Assembly (NCBI GenBank): GCA_951406725.2
Contig: OX597820.1
Span: 60,512,001 to 60,576,000, forward strand
DNA: 64,000 bases
Direction of reading: 5' to 3'
Origin: Octopus vulgaris
Lineage: Eukaryota
Positions 40,796-52,619 of this stretch are shown here, piece after piece; within the stretch, counting starts at the first letter, position 1, and each line of letters opens with the position of its first letter. Below the pieces are notes generated by a model. That model searched no databases. It saw only the letters and a program-made list of their open reading frames with translations, and was not told the DNA's origin. The position numbers and the translations under genes are program-made.

Positions 40796-41092
40796 CTAGC
40801 ATTATCGCCCGACGATTTGTAAGGGAAATAACTATATAAGCATTTTTAGAGATGTAAAGTATAATAGCCATCTCAATATGGCTAACCACAAAGGGGGGTG
40901 TTACTGTAGTTTTTTACGTTCTGAGATTTAATAATAAATTTTTAGAGAGTTACTTCCCTTATATATGCCAAAAATGCATTAAAAATGGGAAAAATTGATG
41001 GTAATTTTTTTTTTTAAATCGTAGACTCATCGTAGACGCGCGCTAATACCCAGAAGACAGACAGCACACAACCTCACTTTTATATATAAAGA
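40796..41092 (-). mobile_element. Non-autonomous Helitron, deleted copy downstream of the TDO2 stop
   Basis: CTAG terminus, partly deleted hairpin, shared blocks with 28823-29346, TC terminus. Confidence 0.75.
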
Positions 41093-41940
41093 TTTATTAT
41101 TTCATAGAGTTCTATAATCATTGTATCTTATAGTGCTCTTGTACTATAATAATATGGATGTCTTTCTATGATTTTTACTATAATTTTAGTATCATATTTT
41201 CTTAGAGATTTTATATCACAGATAATTCACAAGATAATGAACAAGCTCAAACACTATTATTTAAACTCTGAAAGTATTGCAGGTTTGATTATCATCTTTT
41301 AATTGGAATATCGGAGTTGATTTTAATTACTATTGAACCAAAAATTTTCGTAAGAAATATACCTAATTAAACTTGTCACTCCCAAAATTTAACTGACATA
41401 GTTTGTGTATAATTTATTTTTGATTAACCTAAATAATTTAAAATTTAAATTAAATATCACCATGAGAGATGAGGTGTGAAAGCCACAGTTGAAAAGGCAA
41501 GCTGCTGGATTTTGCTAAAAAAAAGGTTATGGGAAGTGGTTAGAATAACATTGTAACAAGATTGTTATATAGTTGATCTTCATATCAGAACTGGGACCTC
41601 GTTTCAGAGTGGGGACAAGTGCAGTATAAAGCGCTCAAGAGAAAAGGCGACAAAATAGTGAGTATCCTTTTGGTGATCCTGTCAAACAGCAAGTGTGTGG
41701 AAGTATCTGGTCTGTAAATCTACTTTAAATTATAATTGACAGACTAGAAGGAATAAATATTCCATCAGCAAAAGATAAAGTTATCAACCACCTCACCAAC
41801 AACAACACTGAACACCTTTTTGATCTCCATGTGTCTAACACACGTGGACATGCCTACAAAGTCAGAAAACAACACAGCTCCCATGACTTTCGGAAACATT
41901 TTTCACGCTCAGAGTTGTATATTTAGCTATAGTCCTAGAT

Positions 41941-42506
41941 TAGGGGTTCTCAACCGCTTTTTATCTATGGACGCCTTTGATTACTACTTTATTCTGGTGG
42001 GCTCCAATAACCATTCGATATTTAAAGATTTGTCTAAGAAACTTCTTTCAAAACCCCTCTTGTTTTTTCGCACATTAACTTGTGTAGGTTCAATCATGTA
42101 AAATGTTAGAGATAGAAACCAAGCTCTTTCTTGCAATACATACATCGGATCTTTACCTTTTGACAAACAACGGCAGTAATTTTATTCAGCTGAATACACG
42201 CCATTGATTGGTTGAAATTACTGAAATACGACTACTTTAACACGAAATAACTTCGTAAACTTAACCTTTTCTCAAAAACGCTAAGACTAAAAGATATTTT
42301 ATATGACACATTCTACCAGTATTCGAAATTTGAAAGTGCTTACTTACAAAAAATTATTTTCTAAATCTGCCGGTCAGAAGGTAAAGATCTCATACATCTG
42401 AAGCAAAATTTTTTCAAGGGCATAAAATACTATTGTGGACCCCTAGTTTACTGTTTTGTAATGTGGACCCTAAAAGTCTTACATGGACAGCGGTTGAGAA
42501 CCACTG
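41941..42506. mobile_element. hAT (Charlie-like) MITE
   Basis: TIRs TAGGGGTTCTCAACC / GGTTGAGAACCACTG. Flanks TCCTAGAT / ATCTAGAT approximate an 8-bp NTCTAGAN-type TSD. Confidence 0.7.
42147..42390. mobile_element. Nested 244-bp MITE with 8-bp TSD (Merlin-like termini)
   Basis: TIRs GGATCTTTACCTTTTGAC / GTCAGAAGGTAAAGATCT (16/18); perfect TSD CATACATC at 42139-42146 and 42391-42398. Confidence 0.75.
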
Positions 42507-43829
42507 ATCTAGATAGACCAAAATTATGGGAAAAGATTAGGCAAAAATCCGCTCACAAAGAAACCTATCGCGGTTTACACTCACACGCGTGCGCATGCGT
42601 GTGATTCCTTGTCTTTACAGCAGGTGGTAGTTGTAAACGAGCGTCATCGTCATGCAAGCAATATTATTCGTTTCCAAACTTCTGTGAAAACATGTCAAGA
42701 CACGAGGAAGTATTTATTACCTTAGTTGGAAAGAAAATTGGGGAGAGGGTTGGCGACTGGAAGAGCATCAGGCCGTGGAAAATCTGCATCAGTGAACTCC
42801 GTCCAACCTATACAAGCATGGAAAAGTGGGAAAAGTGCTTGCTAAAACGATGATTATGGTAATTATAGAGACGTAACTGTGTTTGGTATTTATAGGTATT
42901 ATTATAAGGTAGCAGTTAAAATTTCTGCTTATTCAAGCAATGCAAATATACTGAACATAGCAATATAAATGCAAATCTTATCTTATCAATCAAATTTTAC
43001 TTAGAAAAATTATGCGCATCAAATCACACCTTGAACGTCACCACTACTTAGAACCTTAAAACAAAAGACTGAATCCTATAAACATTGTCCTTCTCATTCA
43101 GTACAGAAGAATGTTAACGAAACATACGCAAACAGCGGTAGCGTCAATAACTTTGTTTACTTCACTACGCAAATCGAACGGCAGATAAAGTATGGCAACT
43201 TTGTGTTGTAACTGAATTAGAATTCATCTTGATCACCTCTGCTGGGTCTTTAAACAGAAAGTCGTGGCTTACCGGAATAGACCGAGTATTCAAAGAAAAA
43301 CACTTCAACACTGTCCTGCATGCGAGACATCACTTTGAAACGGAGTGTCTGTACTAGAGAAGAAAGAAGTTAATGGGTGTGGCATATCTGGAGCGCTATG
43401 TCCATAAACGCTATTTAACCACTGAACTGATTATCACTCACAACTTACGTTTCATAAGTCTGTTTGAGGGTTACACACCAACAATTTACTGATATATATA
43501 TGTAATTTTATATAAATAAGGATAAGATCGTTATTTAAATATCAAACTTATCAAGCGGCCAGCATGGGAATAAAAACCTTCAAAGGTAATAATTATTATT
43601 AAAATTATAATTTAGGGTATCTAAGTGATACTACCACGCTTGAAATAACAACCAAAACTTGACTCTAAAATCACATTAAAAGTTCATATAGCACCAGGAG
43701 AGAAGACAAAAAGACAAGTTTATTTTGTCTTTTTGTCTTCTCTCCTGGTGCTGTATGAACTTTTAAGTGGTCTTAGAGTCAAGTTTTGACTACTATTTCA
43801 AGCGTGGTGATATCTCTTAGATACCCTGA

Positions 43830-43875
<46 letters not shown>

Positions 43876-44087
43876 AAAAGACGAAGACAGGTGAAGAAAC
43901 AACAACTCCACATATATGAATCATTGACGGAGATTTTAAAAGCATCCTTCAGATGACGTGCAACAGCACAAAGACTCAATCGCTACACATGTCAAAGAAA
44001 CAAAAGTGTGCTGACAGAGATATTACTGACGCCAGTCCTATAATCTGTGGTTTACTTTATAATTTGTCTTCCACACTCTTTCTTCTA

Positions 44088-44653
44088 TTGGGTTGTCCGG
44101 AAAGTTCGAGCCGAATTTTAAAGGAAAGAAAAGAGTCAATAAATACTTGCCATTATATTTTTAATCAACCAAATATGAACTATTTTGTTGCACAATGCGT
44201 CTTCATCTTTCCTTTAACTTGAAAATACCCTCTTCCCAGAATTGAGGTGGTTTCATGGCAAAGATTTCATCAAGGTATCTTTTTATGTCATCCAAGGAAT
44301 TAAAATTTTTACCATTAAGACTATTTTGCAGAGACCTGAATAAGTGGAAATTTGAAGGAGCAATATCTGGTGAATATGGAGGGTGGGGTAACATATCCCA
44401 GCCGAGCTGCAGCAATTTTTGTCTGGTTCCCAAAGCATCAAGTGCCGAAAATGAACTTTCTTATCTTCCATTTTAAAGGGTTACAAAATTAACACAGGTT
44501 ATAGGAACATAAATCTTCTTCCACGAAAAGATAGCTTAAACTGTGCTCTAAATGGAGGTGTTGTTAAATCCTATTTTATGGACTCCACCATGTTCTAAAA
44601 TAAGTCGAAAGGTGAGCTACTATAAATCGGCACGAACTTTCCGGACAACCCAA
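44088..44653 (-). mobile_element. Internally deleted mariner (566 bp), same family as 3888-5183
   Basis: Both TIRs and TA TSD intact; lacks the segment equivalent to ~4236-4964. Confidence 0.92.
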
Positions 44654-45152
44654 TATATATTAATATCCGATCCGCTGTCGCATAATTATTCCACAGAAAG
44701 CAACACTTCTCTCCTTTATCTTCTGCATACACTATTTAAACAACGCACACCCTACATATATAAATCCATGGACAGAAATTTTGAATGCTTGCCTCAATGG
44801 GGACTTTCACTAACGTAAAGATTCAGTCGCTACGCATCAAATAACCAATATTGTACCTCACACTCTCTCGCCATGAATAACTAAGTCACTAAGAATAGGC
44901 TTCGACATTGGGTACTATAAGATGATCTCTTATGATACCCAACAAATCTACCAAAATGACATACCAACGGCTAGGAACTCTTTTTAGAACCAGAAAGTGT
45001 TTCATTCCAGCTTAGTTTCTAATTCGCAACGAAGCTCAAAGGATACCCATGTTCGATGGTTTTGCTTACTTCTATGGGGTGGTACTGTTGAGCGTCCAAT
45101 AACACTATACTTGTTCCACGTCCTCGTGTTGTTGTGTTTTCATGTTTGGATT

Positions 45153-45308
<156 letters not shown>

Positions 45309-45525
45309 CTGGCAGAATCGTTAGCACGCCGGGCGAAATGCGTAGCCGTATTTCGTCTGCCGTTACGTTCTGAGTTCAAATTCCGCCGAAGTCGACTTTG
45401 CCTTTCATCCTTTCGGGTTCGATAAATAAAGTACCAGTTACACACTGGGGTCGATGTAATCGACTTAATCCCTTTGTTTGTCTTTGTTTGCCCCCTCTAT
45501 GTTTAGCCCCTTGTGGGCAATAAAG

Positions 45526-45571
<46 letters not shown>

Positions 45572-45605
45572 GAAAGAAGGTTTGAAAATGCAATTTTAAA
45601 AGATG

Positions 45606-45649
<44 letters not shown>

Positions 45650-47074
45650 TATAAAACCACACACACCATATACATGATATAAAAAATACGTGATAATGAA
45701 GCAGTGATACCCTTATCCACTGTGGGGATACTCTCTTTTTCAACAGTAATTGGTAAAAAATGATGTATAAATCCCTCTATAAAAAGTGATGGAGACAGGC
45801 TTTCACAGGTGGCATAAAGATACTGAAAGTTTCAAAAAGTGATCGGCAGTTCTGACTGGAAAGGTTTTCGCCGATAATAACGATCTACAATACTTTTGGA
45901 GTCTGGTAGACATCTTATCGTTTTGTATTTGTTGAATTGGGTAGAAACAGCGCTGGATTAGCCATTGAGCAACATGTATGCACGTGTTTAGGGCATAAAA
46001 AAAAGAAGCAGAGTGCACCAACGAAATGGTAAATGGTTAACGGCACAAAAAAATCATTTTAAACTTGCTAAAATAATATTCGAAGTGGTTCATATGATCG
46101 AAAATATAATTTCATGGTGTTCATGGTGTCACGGTGAGGATCTGATGAAAGACTTTATAATTTTAAAAAGTAGGAGAAAACTTTTCAAATATAAATAAAG
46201 TAGAAGGATACAAAAATAAACATTTTCTATCTAACTTTTAGTTTTGTTTCATTTTGAAAAATAAAAATTAATTTTATTGTTTAGTATTGTTTATATTTTT
46301 AATTACATATATATGAGGGCATCAAGTCTTTTAAGTGCTTAGGACCTGTATGGGTCTTAATCTGGCCTTCGGAAAAAGAATTGTACACAAGACGCAAGAG
46401 TGGCTGTGTGGTAAGTAGCTTGCTTACCAACCACATGGTTCCGAGTTCAGTCCCACTGCAGGGCACCTCGGGCAAGTATCTTCTACTATAGCCTTGGGCC
46501 GACCAAAGCCTTGTGAGGGGATTTGGTAGACGGAAACTGAAAGAAGCCCGTCGTATATATGTATATATGCATGTGAGTATGTATATGTTTGTTTGTCTGT
46601 GTTTGTCCCCCAACATCGCTTGATAACCGATGCTGGTGTGTTTAAGTTCCCGTAACTTAACGGTTCGACAAAAGAAACCGATAGAATAAGTACTAGGCTT
46701 AGAAAGAATAAGTCCTGGGGTTGATTTGCTCGACTAAAAGCGGTGCTCCAGCATGGCCACACTCATGACTGAAACAAGTAAAAGAGTAACAGAGTAAGCT
46801 GTTTCCAGCGGGTTCTGTCTGGCTTTTGAGTGGTAGAATTAATCTTTGCCCTCCTTAACTCCATAATCACGAGTATTTTGTATGCTTTTAATGGAGTCCA
46901 GTCTTTTGAAAATGATTAAACCGAATCTCTCGTCTGAGGATAATTCATAAACCGTTGACATTTTCTCCCTTTCATCCTGCTATTCTTGGAAGCTTTGTAA
47001 AATTGTCATGGCTACTGCCGTTCCTCTCATTACTAAGCTAGATCAAATAAATAAATTATATATATATAATCTAT

Positions 47075-47420
47075 AATGAAATTATTGTATACAGTGCTCA
47101 GGTGCACCACAACTTGTCAGAAAGTGCATATAAAGTACATGCAGTAATGTAGAAATGTCTGGAAAGTGAACATGCTTGTGTGTGTATGGAGGGGAGAAAA
47201 TCAAGTGTAGTGTTGGCGAATCTCAGGAAGCATGGAAGTTTTGAAGGATGCAGTGCTCCGACAACTAACAACCGATGCCGACAGTTTGTTCCACGCTTCA
47301 GCAACTCTCAGCGTGGAAAAATGTTTCCTGAAGTCATGGGAGCTGTGCTGTTTTCTTACTTTGTAAATATGTCCACGGGTGTTAGATGGGTGGAGTTTGA
47401 AGAGGGTAAATATGTCCACG
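47075..47420 (-). mobile_element. CR1-type LINE ORF2 C-terminus and 3' UTR
   Basis: NTRGHIYKVRKQHSSHDFRKHFSTLRVAEAWNKLSASVV, the typical TRGH...RV...WN.L..VV tail. Another piece at ~41780-41917 (+). Confidence 0.8.
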
Positions 47421-48389
47421 GGTGTTATAAAACAGGCTTCGAACTTAGTGGGAGTAATTTTACTTCGCTTTCGCTGCTGATATCATTATGAAAATCATAA
47501 ATATCTCTTATAATTAATAATAAAAACTACGATATTACTGACTTTGCGACACTAAGACAGAGGTTGGCAATTTTTGCCACTGTTGAAAAAATATGTTGTC
47601 GGCGCTGTTGTTTTAAATATTCTTGTTGTTTAGCTCTAAATCAGCCCTGATCGAGCAGACTTTTTATCAAAAGCATTTTTCGATGTTTTCTCTTGGTGTA
47701 GATTTGCTAATGCAACTTTAATAATTTAAGTTACAGGGCATGAATGGAGGAAGATTTGGCTGCTATTTCTAGCACGTCATGCGACACCGTAGAAGATTTT
47801 AGTGTAGGAAAAAGAGTAATAGTTGTGTCCCTTTAATCGCTGAAATTTGGGGAAGAGCGACTAGTCGAATACATCGACGTCTATGTTTACTGGTACTTAA
47901 TTTATCAACCCCCGAAAAGATGAAAGGCAAAGTCGACCTCGGTGGAATTTGAACTCAGAACGAAGTGGCGGGCGAAATACCGCTAAGCACTTCGTCCAGC
48001 GTGCTAACGATTCTGCCGCCTTCAACAACAATAATAATAATAATCCTTTCTACTATAGGCACAAGGCCTGAAATTTTAGGGGAAGGAACCAGTCGATTAG
48101 ATCGACCCCAATACGCAGTTGGTACTTAAGTTATCAACCCCAAAATGTTGTAAGGCAAATTCGACCTCGGCGGAATTTGAATTCAGCACGTAAAGACGGG
48201 CGATATGTCGCTAAGCAATTTTCCTAGCGTCCTAACGGTTCTGCCAGCTCGCCACCATAACAATGATGATAATAATGGTTTCAAATTTTACCACAAGGGT
48301 ATCAATTTTGATGGAGGGGATGATTCGATTCCATCGACCCTAATGTACAATTGGTACTTATTTTATCCATCCTGAATATAGAGGGTTAG

Positions 48390-49232
48390 TGGCCGGTAAG
48401 TGCGATGACGTTCTGCGGGAGACCCTGGGCTTAGATGACGGCCAACTTGCCAGTCTGTTCCGGAGGACTTTCGAGCCGGGGCCCATGGATAACTACCAGA
48501 TATCTCTGGCCTGGAAGTGCTACGGAAGGGCACCGCCCGTTAGGGATAAACTCACAAAAGTGAAGCTACACAGACATGTTCGAGATGCGAGCAGAGCGAT
48601 AAAATCGTTCTGCACGCAATCATATAGTATCCGTTGATTTCGGATCTATGGATTTATGTTGAACACCTATCACATCTGAGAAGAGCACAGTTGTCAACTG
48701 ACTCCATCATCAAGATTGTACCACCGCTTTCCTTTAACCAGGAGAGGCAGGCATCTTTTTCTCTGCTCGGTGGCTATAGAGAAAGAGGTCGTGTGGTTGG
48801 CGCGAGTGAAAGGTTTGAGAACGAGCAACATTCTCTCTGGCATTGGTTGAACCAATTATTACATATACCATCTAAAAAGAAAACTAAGGCTGGCGAGAGA
48901 GTTGCTGCCGTTGCGAATATTTGTGACTAGATGGATGCAAGTGACACGCCTGTTACATATGGATGTGCCTAACTTGAGCGCGAACCCATAACTCTCACTT
49001 GCGAGAGAAGTGTAGAGCGTGGCTTGTGGGGTCTCAATGTCCTACACTACATGTTGTCTTTCTCATTTCATTATTCTCTTAGTATTGTAATATTTAAAAA
49101 TTTTTAACATGTTTACTCGTCTCTAATTGTTTATTCATTCGACTATTTCACTTTGCTGTCGTACCTCCGTGCGACCCCACCATGTCTATCCTGTATTGTC
49201 TCTCTATATGTAGCCCTTAGTGGCGAATAAAG
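48390..49232 (+). mobile_element. Degenerate L1/Tx1-like LINE 3' fragment
   Basis: Broken frames with LAWKCYGRAPPVRDKL; ends in a pyrimidine-rich UTR and AATAAAG. Confidence 0.5.
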
Positions 49233-50149
49233 AATCAAGTTTTTGAGGGATGAGACTAGTCGATTACATTGACCCTAGTGCCCAACTGGTACTTATTTTA
49301 TCAACCTTGGAAAGATGAAAGGCAAAGTTGACACCGGCCTCATTTAAACTCAAGCTCAAAACTTTTGGCTGTGATGATGATGCTACAGGTAGAACGGGTT
49401 GGTGTGAAGATTGTTCAAATGAATAACCAGGGACGACAGTTCTTGGGTGATTTATTAAAGAATCTGACATCAATAAGAATTCCTTATAAAATAATAAATA
49501 AATGCACCCTTTTTAGAGCCTAGCCAGGCTCATGGGCCCGGTTTCCCGGTTTCTATGGCGTATGTGTTCCCCAGCTGGACGGGACGCCAGTCCATCGCAA
49601 CGTTACTCATTTTTGGCAGCTGAGTGGACTGGAGCAATGTGAAATGAAGTGTTTTGCTCAAGAACACAACGCGTCGCCCGGTCCAGGAATCGAAACCACA
49701 ATCCTACGATCATGATGCCGACACCCTAACCATAAGCCACGCGCCTCCACATAGATATCCTTATACCAAGATAAAAAAAAAATATACGTTTCACATATTT
49801 CACGAACCACTAAGAGATCATCAATACGGTCGCCCGACTTGCTAGAAATAGCAATTTAAACATTCGTTTTATGTAATACCTTACAGTCATAGAGAAGACA
49901 GAGCATCATATAACGATCTAGTTATAGATTTATATGCTTCGAAAAAAGAAACTGGCTGGTCACGGCTGGAAGTTCTTGGGTAGTAAAGAAATATATCTAT
50001 CTATCTGCCTGTCTGTCTGTCTGTCTGTCTATCTATGTACACAGACACATGCATACGCATATATGTATGTGTGTATGTATGTATGTATGTATGTATGTAT
50101 GTATGTATGTATGTATGTATGTATTGTTTGTAATGTATGTATGCCATAT

Positions 50150-50628
50150 GTATATCTTTTAATTATATAATTTTTTCCTGTAGAAAAGAAAACGGTATGT
50201 TTAACAAAGAAACAAACTCACATCGCTGGAATTTATACAACATTGGTGAAAAGATAGATTCCTACTTTAGAAAAATCTTGCCTATTTTGACTGTTCTGCT
50301 TATAGATTGTATTTGTAAAGTGCTTATTAACAGGTCGCTTTCTTTGCATGAGCCCTTAAGCATTTTGAGACAATTGTATAAACATTTACCAACAGAGCCT
50401 AGTTCACCAATAATTATGGGTATAAATGTGAACCTATAATCTGGGGTGAGAAACTGCAGGTTTCGAAGCAGCTGTCCGTAAATACTCTCTCACTGACTAT
50501 GAAAGAAATATTAACATCTGCAGGACAGCTGACCGTCACGAATTTTGTTCTGTCCTAAACAACTATATCAAGCCCGTTATGTTACTATTCGCAGAAGTTT
50601 TGATGAGAATGTTCCAGCAATATTCCTC
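50150..50628 (-). mobile_element. R4/Dong-clade non-LTR retrotransposon 3' fragment
   Basis: Minus strand gives [28 protein letters not shown]...LQIQSISRTVKIGKIFLK*, homologous to 54660-54887 and 58089-58285. Confidence 0.75.
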
Positions 50629-50752
50629 ATGTATGTATGTATGTATGTATGTATGTATGTATGTATGTATGTATGTATGTATGTATGTATGTACGTACGT
50701 ACGTACACATGTATCCAAGTTGTATGTATGTACGTAGGTTTGTGCACACGCG

Positions 50753-50784
<32 letters not shown>

Positions 50785-51286
50785 TGTATGTATGTATGTA
50801 TGTATGTATGTATGTATGTATGTATGTATGTATGTATGTATGCTTTCGTTAATTGTTTTAAAACTCTATATGTTGCTAGCTGTCATAAACCCTATCTTGA
50901 GCCACCCAGCGGAACGTTCTCACCCAGGATGTGGCAACTGGACGCAGTTGGCTGACACTCAGTTTCAGCTAAGTAGCCAGTAGCTTTGTGAAATGATGCA
51001 TCTTGCTTAAGGACACAGCACCAAGCCTGATCGAGGAAACTGAATACGAGACGTTATGATTGTAAGCCCAACATCCTACCTACCAGGCTACACGCTTTCA
51101 CGTTTATATAATTAAATATGAACAAGCACGAACCTCAGGATATATAGAAGGCACCAGAAGCATGAAGCGGCAAATACTGAAAGTAAAGCAAAGCCTTAGT
51201 AGCCAGTCTTACCACCCAACTTTTTCATTCATTTTCTTTTTCCAAGCACTACCTTATCCACTTCTTTTATTGTTCCTTTTCGATCT

Positions 51287-51324
51287 TTCTTCTGATGAGG
51301 GAATTGGCGCCCGAAACGTCAATA
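51287..51324 (+). ncRNA. Minimal hammerhead motif in a PLE-like 3' end (~51120-51420)
   Basis: TT-CTGATGA-GGG aattggcg CCC-GAAA-CG-TC-AA. Canonical core, palindromic CG in place of stem III, weak stem I. Confidence 0.6.
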
Positions 51325-51540
51325 TTCCCTCTCTTCTTTTTTTGAGCGTTAAACTATACATTTGCTAAAATTTGACCCTTCCGTACTGTCTTCTTTTTGT
51401 GCTCATTACCTTTAATATATATGTATATATATATAATTAGTTAATCCAAACATGAAAACACAAAGAGAAAACACAACAACGCGAGGACGTAGAACAAGTA
51501 TAGTATTATTGGACGCCCAGGAAAGAAGGAAAGAAGGAGG

Positions 51541-51575
51541 GTTTAACGTTTCGAGTGGAGCTCGTCGTCAGAAAC
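51541..51575 (-). ncRNA. Minimal hammerhead motif in a short repeat (~51435-51650; 3' part also at 45088-45156)
   Basis: Minus strand reads GTTT-CTGACGA-C-GAG ctcca CTC-GAAA-CG-TT-AAAC; stems I and II pair. Confidence 0.65.
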
Positions 51576-51648
51576 ATAGGAAAAGGTAAGATCCAAAGAA
51601 GGGAAGACGGAGGGAAAAAATCGCCAACGGTACACACGCGGTCACATT

Positions 51649-51739
<91 letters not shown>

Positions 51740-51742
<3 letters not shown>

Positions 51743-52260
51743 GACACTGTCTAAGAACTTCAGCTTCCTCTGGATTTTTGCCAATGTTGCAAATAGGAAC
51801 CTCGGCCTTCACCAAATGTAAAGGCAGCTCGAATGCCGAGTGCACCGTCCTACCTCCCGGCAATAACGTAGCAGCGATTCCCGAGGAAGCAACGGCTAGT
51901 GCAATTTGTTTCTCGCAACGAATCTTAGCAAGTATTAATTGTGTTACAAAGAATTTGCCGGTACCTCTAGCAGCATCGAGGAAAAAAATGCCGCCCACCT
52001 ATTTTTCAATGGCACTGACGACAGTTTCGTACACCAGCCTCTGTCCAGGGAGCAATTTCGGTTCATTTACTCTCAGGACTCCGCAAGGCCATCAGCGTCA
52101 TACGACAACTCCAAAAGTAACTTTGGTGGGAGTGTGTTAACATCCTGTTGCAATGAGGATGTCAAACCGAATGTGTTCAACGCCGCCCCACCCATTTTGA
52201 GCAGGGCATCCTCGATTTCAATCAGCGTATTTTGGAGATCAGGTCATTGTATCCAATGTC
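51740..52260 (-). mobile_element. Helitron RepHel fragment (PIF1-family helicase motifs I/Ia)
   Basis: GGIFFLDAARGTGKFFV...LAVASSGIAATLLPGGRTVHSAFELPL; truncated at a (GA)n tract. Confidence 0.88.
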
Positions 52261-52619
52261 AGCATTAGGGCACTGTTGCTTTGCCAGTCATCATTTGCCT
52301 TGACCAACGAGAAAGCAAAATTATGTACAGAGAATTTCATAAACTTAAATGAATGGAAAAAAGGTTTTAGATTAAATTTTTAGATCAACACTTGCACGAT
52401 TTTCACTAAGAAAAAAAATCGGATTTTTTGCGTGGAATCAAATACCCTGGCCTCCTAATATGCTACAAAACCCTTTTTGTGGTTCGAAAAACGGAGTGTG
52501 GTGTGGTGGAAGCCTCGGAAATTTCACCCCCACAAACGTTGATCTTTTCACCATCTATTTTTCCACCCGTGGAAAAATACGGAGATTAAGAATATGGAAA
52601 ACATTTGTTTTTAATCTCA

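Noticed and set aside
51740-52260. Host PIF1 helicase gene
   Set aside because: Intronless, truncated and frameshifted, with Helitron-type motifs and Helitron copies nearby.
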